Below are positions 1 to 9,139 of a stretch of 64,000 bases of DNA, piece by piece. The stretch lies in assembly GCA_018238545.1 (NCBI GenBank), contig JABCTC010000002.1:1-64000 (forward strand), given 5' to 3'. The notes beneath the pieces were generated by a model. The model ran no database searches and was not told the DNA's origin. It saw only the letters and a list, made by a program, of their open reading frames with translations. This DNA comes from Candidatus Heimdallarchaeota archaeon (GTDB lineage Archaea > Asgardarchaeota > Heimdallarchaeia > Heimdallarchaeales > Heimdallarchaeaceae). Each line of letters begins with the position of its first letter. Positions within the stretch are counted from its first letter, which is position 1. The translations under genes and the position numbers were made by a program.

Positions 1-212
1 CCCAATGTTGCAGCACCTGAACCAAAGGCAGCGGTAATGCGTGATGCCAGGCCATAACCGGTCGATGCGCCGATCACGAGAACCTTCTTAGGGCCGTTTG
101 CAACAGCGCCATCGGTTTTTACCTGCGCTATCTGTTCTTTGACGTTTGCTTCACAGCCTGTAGGGTGAGTTGTTATACAGATAAAACCGCGAGTTTTTGG
201 CTTGATGATCAC
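1..212 (-). CDS. fabV: FabV-type enoyl-[acyl-carrier-protein] reductase / trans-2-enoyl-CoA reductase, N-terminal part only. The gene runs off the window's 5' edge; probable GTG start on the complement of 210-212.
   Basis: Reverse-complement translation gives [72 protein letters not shown]. This is the characteristic FabV/Ter N-terminus (MIIKP..GFI..THP.GCE..V..QI, then the G-A-S-x-G-Y-G-L NAD(H) loop). The ORF track misses it because it has no stop inside the window and uses a GTG start. GC is ~57 %, against ~32 % for the rest of the window. Confidence 0.6.
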   Translation of the reverse strand, partial: MIIKPKTRGFICITTHPTGCEANVKEQIAQVKTDGAVANGPKKVLVIGASTGYGLASRITAAFGSGAATL

Positions 213-392
213 GTTAGATGTTCCCGTTTTAGTTTGGATTGAGAAAGCTCGCTATTTTCGAACAAACGAGGGAAGAGAGCAATTGTTTCTGAGAATTAAC
301 TGATCGATATAGAATGAACCAGTCGATTCGTATGGGTCTGCTGACCGGGTCGGACATAGTCTTGTCTACATGGCTGCTGTATCTACCGGGAT

Positions 393-403
393 CTTATATA
401 AAA
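393..403 (+). promoter_or_regulatory. Putative archaeal TATA box (cttatataaaa) about 40 bp upstream of the ATG at 443.
   Basis: A/T-rich TATA-like octamer at the expected distance for an archaeal promoter with a short 5' UTR. Sequence reading only. Confidence 0.3.
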
Positions 404-442
404 CCAGTTTAGGTTTAGCTGATTTATAACGATATTGTGTAA

Positions 443-1450
443 ATGGATTTCTATCTAACCAACCATACTGGTAGGGGAAACGTTGCAGATTGGACTCATG
501 GAAACACAGTTTTCTGGGATATGGAAGAAGAAAATGTTTGCTATTTCAATGCGAGACATCTTCACACAATCTATAAGATTGACATGACAACTGGGGATAT
601 AATTTGGACTCTCGGTGAATATGAAAGTGATTTCGACTTGTACGATATCAAGGGTGATCCTGCTACTACTTTCTTCTATGGAGCCCATTCAATCGAGCGC
701 ATAGGTCCCAACAAATATATCATCTATGATAATGATGCATTCAATACAACTGATTTTGCATCTAATTGGCCCAGATATGTTGAATTTGAAATTGATGAAG
801 AAACTTGGACAGCTCAAGAAACATTCACATGGATCATTCCAGATAACTCAACTTATCATGGAGATCATTGGGGTGATGCTGACCATCTTCCTGGAGATAC
901 AAGATTAGGCACTTTTGGAGCAGGTGGATCGACAGATTTAGATCTTCTAACAGAGGTTAATGAAGCCGGAGAAATAATCTGGGAATTAGCTATCAATGGA
1001 ACTGATACTTATAGAGCAGAAAGATTTTACAGTTCTCCTTTAGTACGTTTTGATGGAGCTACTTTACTCACAGATACCAAAACTAGTGCTATTGTTAACT
1101 TAACAGTCTGGAATTCCTTCAAAGAAAGAATGAGTTCAGATGGACTGGTTCAGGTTTATGATGGTGAAAATCTAATCTACACAGATGCTTTCGTTTTTCT
1201 ACCATATTGGCAAGACACTGATTTGTCTCTCGTTCTTCTAATCGATGACTACAAAAAAGGAACATACAACCTTTCATTGATTATTGAAAATAGTGACGGA
1301 ATATCTACTATTCTCTTCTTCGATTTCATCATTGAAAGAGCACCAACTGCTGGTTGGGTTATTGCAGTATCGATTACTGTTCCAGTTGTGGTTCTAGGTG
1401 GAGCTGGAGGAGGAACATACTTTTATCTAAAAAAGAAGAAGAAGAAATAA
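443..1450 (+). CDS. Arylsulfotransferase (ASST)-like beta-propeller protein with a C-terminal transmembrane anchor and a poly-Lys tail.
   Basis: Repeated blade-like motifs (GDIIWTLGEY, GEIIWELAINGTD, HGNTVFWD, YIIYDNDAFN) resemble ASST-family propellers. The C-terminal hydrophobic stretch (WVIAVSITVPVVVLGGAGGG) is followed by KKKKKK. An in-frame TAA lies immediately upstream of the ATG. Confidence 0.4.
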   Translation: MDFYLTNHTGRGNVADWTHGNTVFWDMEEENVCYFNARHLHTIYKIDMTTGDIIWTLGEYESDFDLYDIKGDPATTFFYGAHSIERIGPNKYIIYDNDAFNTTDFASNWPRYVEFEIDEETWTAQETFTWIIPDNSTYHGDHWGDADHLPGDTRLGTFGAGGSTDLDLLTEVNEAGEIIWELAINGTDTYRAERFYSSPLVRFDGATLLTDTKTSAIVNLTVWNSFKERMSSDGLVQVYDGENLIYTDAFVFLPYWQDTDLSLVLLIDDYKKGTYNLSLIIENSDGISTILFFDFIIERAPTAGWVIAVSITVPVVVLGGAGGGTYFYLKKKKKK

Positions 1451-1492
1451 TTCTCTTTTTTTTCTTTTTTCATTTTTTGTTTTAAATTTCTT
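1451..1492. terminator. T-rich/A-rich tract between two convergent genes, candidate bidirectional archaeal oligo-T terminator.
   Basis: ttctcttttttttcttttttcattttttgtttt sits between convergent ORFs ending at 1450 (+) and 1482 (-). Confidence 0.3.
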
Positions 1493-2435
1493 CCCCGAAG
1501 AAACTTTCTAGTCCTTTCTCTATAGAGATCTTCGGTTTCCAACTAGTTTCCTGGAGAATTTTTGAGATATCTGCTTGATGAAACATTCTTTCTGATTTTC
1601 TCATTCTTTCTTGAGAGTGTTCAACAGATATTTTCTTGTTAACAATCTCTTCTAGTTTATTGATTATTTTTTCAACACTCCAACTTTCTCCTGTCCCTAT
1701 ATTATATGTATGAATACCTTTCAAGTCACTTTCAGCGATAGATATGAGGGCTTCTGCAACATCATATGCATGGATATAATCTCTCTTAGTTTTGATGTTT
1801 CCAAGTTCTAGGACAATGTTATCATCCTCAGATTGTTTGTTCATCTGTTGAAAGATTTCTGTGATAACATGAGGGTTGAGATCTCTTGTGCCATAAACAT
1901 TAAACAATCTTGCATTTACTCCAAGTAATTCTTTCAAATTATCCTTGAAATGAACACCAAGTGTATGCTCATTTACCGTTTTTGAGTATCCATAAATTCC
2001 AGGTGGATCAATTGTTGAATTCTCTGTATGGGGAAGGTCATCTGGAGCATATACAGCAGCTGTGGACGTTTGTATAATATTGCTGTTATATTTGTTACAT
2101 AAAAACTGTATATTTGATGTCCCTCGAACATTTACATCAACCACTTCATTTGGATGTTTGTTACAATAAGGAATGAAATGGATCGCGGCTAAATGAAAAC
2201 AGATTTCTGGTTTAAATTCTTCAAATATCTTATCAATTGTATCTAAATCTCTAATATCTTGTTTCTCAATTCTCACTCTTGCTTTAACTTCTTCTGGGAG
2301 AACGTCATAAGAGAAATTATTATCTATAACCAAAATGGAAAAATCACCAGTTTCCAGTAATCTTTCTACTAGATAAGACCCAATAAAGCCAGTCCCACCC
2401 GTTACTATGATACTACTAGCTTCAGACAGTTTCAT
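1482..2435 (-). CDS. NAD-dependent epimerase/dehydratase of the extended SDR family (UDP-sugar 4-epimerase-like).
   Basis: N-terminal IIVTGGTGFIGSYLVERLL Rossmann motif; catalytic YxxxK region (YGYSK); length ~318 aa. The track ORF extends to 2474, but the likely start is the internal Met (MKLSEASSIIVTGG). Confidence 0.75.
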   Translation of the reverse strand: MKLSEASSIIVTGGTGFIGSYLVERLLETGDFSILVIDNNFSYDVLPEEVKARVRIEKQDIRDLDTIDKIFEEFKPEICFHLAAIHFIPYCNKHPNEVVDVNVRGTSNIQFLCNKYNSNIIQTSTAAVYAPDDLPHTENSTIDPPGIYGYSKTVNEHTLGVHFKDNLKELLGVNARLFNVYGTRDLNPHVITEIFQQMNKQSEDDNIVLELGNIKTKRDYIHAYDVAEALISIAESDLKGIHTYNIGTGESWSVEKIINKLEEIVNKKISVEHSQERMRKSERMFHQADISKILQETSWKPKISIEKGLESFFGEEI

Positions 2436-2488
2436 ACAAAAAATAGAAAGATGGGATATACTTAAACATTTCATTTAGGACTTTAAGG

Positions 2489-4483
2489 TTATTTCTCTTC
2501 TGCAAAAATCACTATTTTCCCAAATTCTTCAAGATCGAATAATTGGGTATGAAACTTACTTATCTGGAGATCTTGTTCATATTGCTCTTTCCAAATTATC
2601 TCTGCGAAATTCTTAGAACTTAATGGATCTTGAGGAAAATTTTCTTGGTCGATGATACTTCCATATCCGAAAAGTATGTTCTCAACAAAAACAAATTCAG
2701 GTTTCTTTCCTTTAACCCAATCAAATATAGCTTCGAAAACTTCATCATCCAAAGGATCATGTGCAAAAATGAATAGTTTACCTATTTCATATTTGTCTTT
2801 AACAGCTGGTTTAACCTCTTCCTCTTCTTCTTCGTCTATATACTCTTTTGAGGTTATAATTGCTTCAACTTTAGCTTTTTCTTTACTTGCTCTTTCCTTA
2901 AACTTCCAATCATCAGGAGAAACATCTATAGCTTTTGTATATGATTCAATTGCCTCATGGAATTTCTTTTGCTTCACCATTAATATCGCATAATTTAACC
3001 ATAAATCACTTTCACCAGGATTATCTTTAAGGCATTTATGTAGAATAGAAGTTGCTTCAGAGTAGTTCTCCTGTTTGCTGTAAATAGCTGCGAGATTAAT
3101 TCCTGAAGAAATACGTTTAGGATCAAGTTCTAGAACTTTGAGATAATAATCAATAGCCTCGTCAAAATTTTTCTTCTCATAGAATAACAAGTCGCCGATT
3201 CGAGCATAAGCCAAAGCATTTTTTGGTTCTCTTTCAATTATTGTTTCGAATTGTTTGATCGCTTCATTAGATTGACCTAGTTTTCCATAAAGCATACCTA
3301 AATTGTGTAAAACAATCATATTTGTAGAATCTTGGTTTAGTATAAATTCGTAAAAAATTATTGTTTCGTCTATCATACCAAGTTTTTGTGATAGAGAACC
3401 CATGAATATAAGATATGACAGTATGCAAAAATCACATATATTTTCCTTAATTTTACTTGATAATAAAGAGATTATATTACGCAGATTTTCTTGATCACCT
3501 GTATTGAATTTGTAAGCTATGAATTTTTGCCATTCTTCTTCTGCTGTGATACCAATTAGTTTGTAAAGATGTTCCATCAATTTATCCATAGATTCATTGA
3601 CCTTTAGATGTATGAAGTTATGATTTCTTTCATCATCTTCCTCAAGTTTGTCTGATTCTTCAAAAAGTATTTTTAGATTGAACAACGAAACTGTGAAAGG
3701 AGTATCTCCTAGCTCTTTTAGTATTAATTCTTCTTCTAGATTACGTGATTCTTTAGTTTCTTCTTCAAGTACTACTTCTTCTACTGCTTCGATAGTTTCT
3801 TCTTCAAGTACTACTTCTTCTACTGCTTCGATAGTTTCTTCTTCAGCAGGTGGTTGAAGATCTACTATAGGGGGGGTTTCTTCACTGATAACTTCTTCAG
3901 GTTCCACTTGTTGTGGTGTTTGATCAGCTGTAACGTCAGGTGTAATTGTTGAACTTAATTCACTAGTTTCTCCTACACCAAACTCTTCAAACTCCCAAGC
4001 CAATGTCACTTCAGTATCATTACCTGAAACAGCTGCTTGTTGATGAAGCTGTTCTTCTTTTACAGGTTCAAAGAACCCTTCTTGAGCAGGAGAATCTTCT
4101 GCTTCAACTACTGTCTCTTCAGTTGTTGAAGGTTGTTCTTCATCAGGAAGTGGAATAATTGTAACATCTCTATCCATTTTCGACAATATTTTTTCAGCTT
4201 TCTTCTGCACTCCAATACTGTTGGAATTCAGAGAAGCTTCTATTACGGCAATTACTTCTTGAGATATCTCTGATAAGCCTGCTAGAACATCTAACGCATT
4301 AATACGAGCAAGGTCGTCTTCATCCTTCTTGACTAAACGAATTAAAGCTGAAACGGCAAAATTAGCGGTATCACCTAATTCTTTTAACTCGTGGATAGCG
4401 TCTAATCTCTCAATTAACATCTTAGATTTAATCAATTTAAGAATGTTTTTTTTAGCTGCTTTAGATGACATAGGAATCAGCAT
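2489..4483 (-). CDS. HEAT-repeat (PBS-lyase-like) plus TPR-repeat protein with a central acidic low-complexity linker.
   Basis: N-terminal IERLDAIHELKELGD...ALIRLVKKDEDD...NALDVLAGL HEAT-like units. A long E/T/V-rich acidic region follows. The C-terminal half has tandem TPR-like 34-residue units (AYARIGDLLFYEKKNFDEAIDYYLKVLELDP, WLNYAILMVKQKKFHEAIESYTKAIDVSP). Confidence 0.6.
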   Translation of the reverse strand: MLIPMSSKAAKKNILKLIKSKMLIERLDAIHELKELGDTANFAVSALIRLVKKDEDDLARINALDVLAGLSEISQEVIAVIEASLNSNSIGVQKKAEKILSKMDRDVTIIPLPDEEQPSTTEETVVEAEDSPAQEGFFEPVKEEQLHQQAAVSGNDTEVTLAWEFEEFGVGETSELSSTITPDVTADQTPQQVEPEEVISEETPPIVDLQPPAEEETIEAVEEVVLEEETIEAVEEVVLEEETKESRNLEEELILKELGDTPFTVSLFNLKILFEESDKLEEDDERNHNFIHLKVNESMDKLMEHLYKLIGITAEEEWQKFIAYKFNTGDQENLRNIISLLSSKIKENICDFCILSYLIFMGSLSQKLGMIDETIIFYEFILNQDSTNMIVLHNLGMLYGKLGQSNEAIKQFETIIEREPKNALAYARIGDLLFYEKKNFDEAIDYYLKVLELDPKRISSGINLAAIYSKQENYSEATSILHKCLKDNPGESDLWLNYAILMVKQKKFHEAIESYTKAIDVSPDDWKFKERASKEKAKVEAIITSKEYIDEEEEEEVKPAVKDKYEIGKLFIFAHDPLDDEVFEAIFDWVKGKKPEFVFVENILFGYGSIIDQENFPQDPLSSKNFAEIIWKEQYEQDLQISKFHTQLFDLEEFGKIVIFAEEK
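3756..3847. repeat. Perfect 39-bp tandem repeat (about 2.4 copies) inside the HEAT/TPR gene, encoding EETIEAVEEVVLE units.
   Basis: gtttcttcttcaagtactacttcttctactgcttcgata occurs twice back to back, then a partial third copy. Confidence 0.8.
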
Positions 4484-4560
4484 TACTCTTTGATTCTATT
4501 GTATAAAGAAGTGTTTTAAAATTATCTATTCTGTTAATGACAAGTCTAACAGAAGCTGAC

Positions 4561-5320
4561 CATGATGAGTTTTTGTCTTGTTGTCATATTAGGACAACTT
4601 TAGTTGAGCGTCTTTATTAGAGGTCAACATATAGCACTATAACAGTTCTATACTCACTCTGAGTGGATACATCACGTATCCTCCTACCCCGTTCACCCTG
4701 CGTTTAGGCAAGGCTTTCGGATCGCTTTTGAGTAAAATGTTGTATGCAGCATTAACATCAGCGTTAATGAGATGCCCTTGAGCGGATTTAAACAACCCTC
4801 TAGTAACTCTCCGACCAGCGTACTTCTTCCTGGCTTGGGGGAATTCATTGTCAAGGAAACTACACTTGGAAGTGTATTCTTCGGGAATCATTTCTACCTT
4901 TATCCCTCGCTCTGCTCCTTTATACTTCAAGATGTTGATGATACGTAGAAAGGGGATGGTGACGAACATCTGGGTGACCTTCTTCCAGAAGTGTACCCCT
5001 TGCTTCCACTTCTTGTTGTAACCGACGATGACCTCGTGGAGGTCTCTTTTCTCCCACAAGTCAAGTAAATAACAGGTGAGCTTGTGGATGGCGTCTTTTA
5101 ATTTCCTCCTCCACTTTTCTCGGAGTTTGTAGTAAGCATGACCATATCTGAGCTTGCTTAAAGCAGGTTGATACTTTACTTCTATACACTCCACTCTAGG
5201 AACTTTAGTCATCTCTTCTTCACCTAGAGATTCTTATAAAAACTCCCGTAATATTTGCTCAAGACTGTCTATTTAAATTGATACAATGGTAGTTAATATG
5301 ACTACAAGACAAAAATGTAT
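4561..5320 (-). mobile_element. Internally deleted copy (~0.76 kb) of the TnpB-only IS element whose full-length copy is at 14150-15589. Boundaries are approximate.
   Basis: Both ends align to the full-length copy. Right end: ...gagtgagtatagaact...gtcctaatatgacaacaagacaaaaactcatcatg, seen as the reverse complement at 4561-4640. Left end: ...catttttgtcttgtagtcatattaa...aatattacgggagtttttataagaa..., seen as the reverse complement at 5213-5318. Confidence 0.55.
4637..5212 (-). pseudogene. tnpB: Truncated tnpB: an in-frame internal deletion removes roughly residues 22-240 of the full-length protein, including the RuvC-I Asp region.
   Basis: The 191-aa product matches the N-terminus (MTKVPRVECIEVKYQPALSKL) and C-terminal half (YGHAYYKLREKWRRKLKD...EYTSKCS...NADVNAAYNIL...VNGVGGYVMYP) of the 416-aa ORF at 14260-15510. 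The middle is missing. Confidence 0.6.
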
Positions 5321-5362
5321 TGTAAATATGACGAATTGACATGATTCAAAGAATAGGAGGGC

Positions 5363-7993
5363 TTAACTCTTCTTTTTTTTCTGAGTTTTGTTTGGATTCT
5401 CGATTTGTCTTGCGAATTTGTGTGCAGATTGTTTTAGCTCATCTTTATCCATAACCTCTGCTAAACGTTGTATAGCTTGAAGATGATGAACGAGAGAATC
5501 AAGCCAAGAATACACATCTCCAGGATACAATTGAATATTATTTTCTTTGCGCATTTCTTCAGAGATTCTTGAGGGTGAATAGCCTTTCTGACGTAATTCA
5601 AATATCATTTTAGAGAAATTAATTTCTCCACAATCGCAAAATGGTTTATCAAGACATTTACACGTAAAAATATTTGCTGTCCACTTTGAGAATGTTTCCA
5701 AAATAGCTTGGGTTGGATTTCTTTTTCCCCAACTATTTCCTAAATAAAGATCTAAAATAGTACCAGAGAATATATTTGTTGAAATAGTGGATTTTAGTGC
5801 TCTTTCTATCTCACCATGTATTTTTGGTGAGAGATGCGCTGATCTGAAAGTTTGAATTTTAACAGCTAATGTTAGAGCCAAATCATCAGCTAGATATTTT
5901 TTCTTAGAACGTTGTATCTCTTGAACCAATCTTATTGCATATGATGGAGCAAGAAATGATAGGGAAACAGCTTTTCCAAGATCTGTAGGAAAAATTGTTT
6001 TGTTTTCAACATAAATCATTTTCATTTTTTTTAGGGCGCTCATATTATCGCTCAATGGAGTGTTTCTTCCCAGTATATTTGCAAAGATCATTTTATCTTG
6101 AGTAATGTTGACGTCCTTAAATGCTACCACGGTTGCCAATATTTCCTCTTCTTCCTCAATTGTATCTAGAACTGGGTCGACATCTTCAATGGGTAGTGTT
6201 AATAGTTCAAAAGCTATCTGTTCTTCAGTTTCCTTTTGTCCTATGAAAATTTTTCTTCCTGGTTCTACTAATAAATATGCTTTGCCTTTATCATGAAACC
6301 CTAATCTTCCTGCTCTTCCTAACATCTGATGAAATTCTGCTACTGACAGCCAATTAATTCCCATCGCTAGATTCTCGAATATTACCATAGAAGCAGGAAA
6401 ATCTACTCCAGCTCCTAAAGCAATAGTAGTCACTACAGTTGAGAATTTACCCTTTTCAAACCCTCTTTCAACTATCTTTCTTTTTCTAAAGGTTAAACCA
6501 GCATGATAATAAGTTGAGGAAACTCCTTTCGTCTTCAAATTCTTAGCTAGTTTCTCACAATTCCTTCGGGAATTGGTGAAAACCAAAGTTTGCCCTTTAT
6601 AACCAGTGCTTGACCTGATTCTCTCTTCTCTCAGACATAATTTAAACAGGTGCTTAAATCGATCTGCATCATTTTCAGTGATAATTGCATGTCTTTCGAG
6701 GGGGACAGGTCGAGCAAGATATAGAACAGTTTCAGCATCTAAATCTTCAGCTAGTTCATCTGGATTTCCTATTGTTGCAGATAAATAAATGAACTGAGCA
6801 CTTGGAAAAAGAGCTTTTAAACGAGCGATTAACCCATTTAACCTAAAACCTCTTCCCTCTGATACTAACATTTGAACCTCATCAACAACAATAACTCCAA
6901 TTTCTCCAATAGCCTTACTTCTACCATCTCTAAGTAGAAAATCAAAAGCTTCGTAAGTAGCTACTATTATATCTGAGTTCCTGATATCATCATCAACAAT
7001 TGGTGTAAACTCCCCCTCAACCTTTATTCTACTCATTCCAACTCTAACTGCTGTATTGAGACCTATTTTTTTGTACCGTTTTTTAAATTGTTCATGTTTT
7101 TGATTGGTCAAAGCAACTAGTGGAGATAAGTAAACAAACTTCTTTTTTTGTAAAGCCTTGGTTACTCCTGCAAGTTCTCCAACCAAAGTTTTACCAGAAG
7201 TTGTTCCAGCAACAACTAAAAGGTCATTATTTCGAAGTAATCCCTTTTCGATAGATTTCTCTTGAATCGGTAATAGTGTTTTAATTCCTTCAGCAATTAG
7301 CAAATCTCGGAATCTACTAGGTATCCCTTTTATCTTATTTACTGCTAAACTTGTTTCTTCCTTAACAGGTTCAATAATATCAAACAAAGTTGAAGCTGGG
7401 TTCTTTATTGGATCCTGTTCTGAACCAAAAGAAATGTTTTCTAGAACCACGTCGAGATTTCCTTCTCGTTCTACTTGTTGTTGATAGAATTTTGTTAAAC
7501 CTCCAGAAACTACTAAATTACTCCTTTGCAATTCCTGAGTTAACTCTTTTTTCGAGCAGTAATCACAAATTCTTTGACCCTTATAAATTACTGAGTCTTT
7601 TTCCAAACTTGTCCACTTATATCTCCTATCTAGACATGTTCTACAGAGAGTTGCTATTCTAGCTTTAGAGATTTTGAAGGTTTTACAGTACTCAAGAAAT
7701 GCTTTGTTATTCCAAGGTGAATCAGTATCTGGGATTATTATGTACTCGGCCTCTCTGAGATCCTCTGTAACTTCTCGGGGTTTCATATAAAAATTCGAAT
7801 TCTTACCGAGTTTCATGTATTTGTAAACTCTAAGGTATTCCTTTTCATATGTGAAATTCAGTCTCGTATGTGCAATAAAACTCTTTTCCTTTCCTTCTCT
7901 TAAATTGAAATAGATGATGTCGGTTGAGAGTTTTTCCTTATTCCAGTTAAACATAACTGCAATATAGGGTCTATGTAGCTTCATATTTATCAC
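5363..7993 (-). CDS. Superfamily-2 DExH helicase, Hel308/Ski2-like, with a ~220-aa N-terminal extension (C4 Zn ribbon plus an uncharacterised domain) and a C-terminal Cys cluster.
   Basis: Walker A AGTTSGKT; motif Ia YLSPLVAL; motif II VVDEVQ; motif III SAT; motif VI HQMLGRAGR; Hel308-like entry motif GIPSRFRDLLIAEGIKTLLPIQ. N-terminal CRTCLD...CDYCSKK. C-terminal CKCLDKPFCDCGE. Confidence 0.65.
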   Translation of the reverse strand: MINMKLHRPYIAVMFNWNKEKLSTDIIYFNLREGKEKSFIAHTRLNFTYEKEYLRVYKYMKLGKNSNFYMKPREVTEDLREAEYIIIPDTDSPWNNKAFLEYCKTFKISKARIATLCRTCLDRRYKWTSLEKDSVIYKGQRICDYCSKKELTQELQRSNLVVSGGLTKFYQQQVEREGNLDVVLENISFGSEQDPIKNPASTLFDIIEPVKEETSLAVNKIKGIPSRFRDLLIAEGIKTLLPIQEKSIEKGLLRNNDLLVVAGTTSGKTLVGELAGVTKALQKKKFVYLSPLVALTNQKHEQFKKRYKKIGLNTAVRVGMSRIKVEGEFTPIVDDDIRNSDIIVATYEAFDFLLRDGRSKAIGEIGVIVVDEVQMLVSEGRGFRLNGLIARLKALFPSAQFIYLSATIGNPDELAEDLDAETVLYLARPVPLERHAIITENDADRFKHLFKLCLREERIRSSTGYKGQTLVFTNSRRNCEKLAKNLKTKGVSSTYYHAGLTFRKRKIVERGFEKGKFSTVVTTIALGAGVDFPASMVIFENLAMGINWLSVAEFHQMLGRAGRLGFHDKGKAYLLVEPGRKIFIGQKETEEQIAFELLTLPIEDVDPVLDTIEEEEEILATVVAFKDVNITQDKMIFANILGRNTPLSDNMSALKKMKMIYVENKTIFPTDLGKAVSLSFLAPSYAIRLVQEIQRSKKKYLADDLALTLAVKIQTFRSAHLSPKIHGEIERALKSTISTNIFSGTILDLYLGNSWGKRNPTQAILETFSKWTANIFTCKCLDKPFCDCGEINFSKMIFELRQKGYSPSRISEEMRKENNIQLYPGDVYSWLDSLVHHLQAIQRLAEVMDKDELKQSAHKFARQIENPNKTQKKKKS

Positions 7994-8026
7994 ACATGGA
8001 ATTTTTTCTAGAAAAGATAATTAGGT

Positions 8027-8572
8027 CTAAGCTTTTTCTTTCTTTTCATCAATTTCCAGAGGTTTCAGAGCTTTTCCACATTTTGTACAAAATTTAGCTG
8101 TAATCCTATTAACTGTTGCACAATCAAGGCATTCTCTTTGTAACTGAAAACCACAAAATTTGCAGAATTTTCGAAATGGAACTTCGTCTTGACAAGATGG
8201 ACAAACTAATGTTTTCTCCTTGGGTTTTTGAGATAAAGGTTGTTGTCTGTTTGGTTGACTTATTGCTATTGAGGGAGGAACTTGGCTTTGACCTGTAATT
8301 CCTCCTAATAGAGCGGGTTTTTGAGGTTCATAAGCAGGCAAGGGTTCAGAACTACCAGTGATTGTTATCTCTTTTTTTGATTCTGGATCAACTTCAAGAA
8401 TGTACTTTAAGACATCTGTTTCTTCAGGAACAACAATCTTCCTTTTTTGTTGCTTTAGCAGAGCTAGAACAAAGAAATCCTTAACCTCTTTTTGATCAGA
8501 ACCACAATGTTCACATATTCTTGCAGCTTCTGGAATATCTTCCCAACATGCCAAACATTTCATGTTATTCAC
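8027..8572 (-). CDS. Double zinc-ribbon protein, co-directional with and 33 bp upstream of the helicase gene.
   Basis: CLACW...CEHCGS at the N-terminus; CPSCQ...CKFCG...CLDC...CTKCG at the C-terminus; Pro/Gln-rich linker between them. Confidence 0.45.
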   Translation of the reverse strand: MNNMKCLACWEDIPEAARICEHCGSDQKEVKDFFVLALLKQQKRKIVVPEETDVLKYILEVDPESKKEITITGSSEPLPAYEPQKPALLGGITGQSQVPPSIAISQPNRQQPLSQKPKEKTLVCPSCQDEVPFRKFCKFCGFQLQRECLDCATVNRITAKFCTKCGKALKPLEIDEKKEKA

Positions 8573-8652
8573 TTTTTAGTATGTCCTTTTCTCAACGTGG
8601 TCTCTTATAAAACTAGCTTTTGGAATAATATCTCATCGAAAAGATTTTAATC

Positions 8653-9069
8653 ATGTTAACTGAACGATATTTGAGATTTATGGCAAAGATGAAACTGATA
8701 AAATGTAAAGGCTGTGGAGAAGAATGGAAACCACTAGATGTTCCAACTAAAAAAGAATGGATGATGAGAAGTCCTATGCCTGACAAAAATGGTAACCTTA
8801 CCTTTACGACAATGGCTACTTGGGATTGCCCAAAATGCGGTAAAAGCCGAACTGGAGCCAAGGGAAAAACAAAAGGTGAGTTTAAGAAAGAGGATACTCC
8901 TAAATACAAAATTGAATACGCTCTTGGTTCTGGAGAAAAATTCAATATAATTGAACTTTCTGAATCAATTGGGTTTGATGTTGAAAGTATCAGGAAAATA
9001 ATTCCTATGTATGTTAAAAAGAAGAACATCAAAGGAAAAATTGATGGCGACTTCTTCATTCCTGAATAA
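8653..9069 (+). CDS. Small zinc-ribbon protein (CxxC...CxxC), hypothetical.
   Basis: CKGCGEEW ... CPKCGKSR metal-binding pairs. I prefer it to the overlapping minus-strand ORF 8613-9086, which is low-complexity and hydrophobic (shadow-ORF character). Confidence 0.4.
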   Translation: MLTERYLRFMAKMKLIKCKGCGEEWKPLDVPTKKEWMMRSPMPDKNGNLTFTTMATWDCPKCGKSRTGAKGKTKGEFKKEDTPKYKIEYALGSGEKFNIIELSESIGFDVESIRKIIPMYVKKKNIKGKIDGDFFIPE

Positions 9070-9139
9070 ATAGAACTAGATAACAAAAATTTTTAAAGCA
9101 TAAGATTAGAGACGATACAATCAGTAAGAAGGGACAATA

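Noticed and set aside
2652-2993. Plus-strand 113-aa ORF, and another at 3648-3857, inside the HEAT/TPR gene.
   Set aside because: Ser/Leu-rich low-complexity translations that are antisense to a well-supported gene. They are shadow ORFs created by the acidic repeat region.
8613-9086. Minus-strand 157-aa ORF overlapping the Zn-ribbon ORF 8653-9069.
   Set aside because: Hydrophobic low-complexity product with no motifs. The plus-strand ORF has paired CxxC metal sites and a better promoter context.
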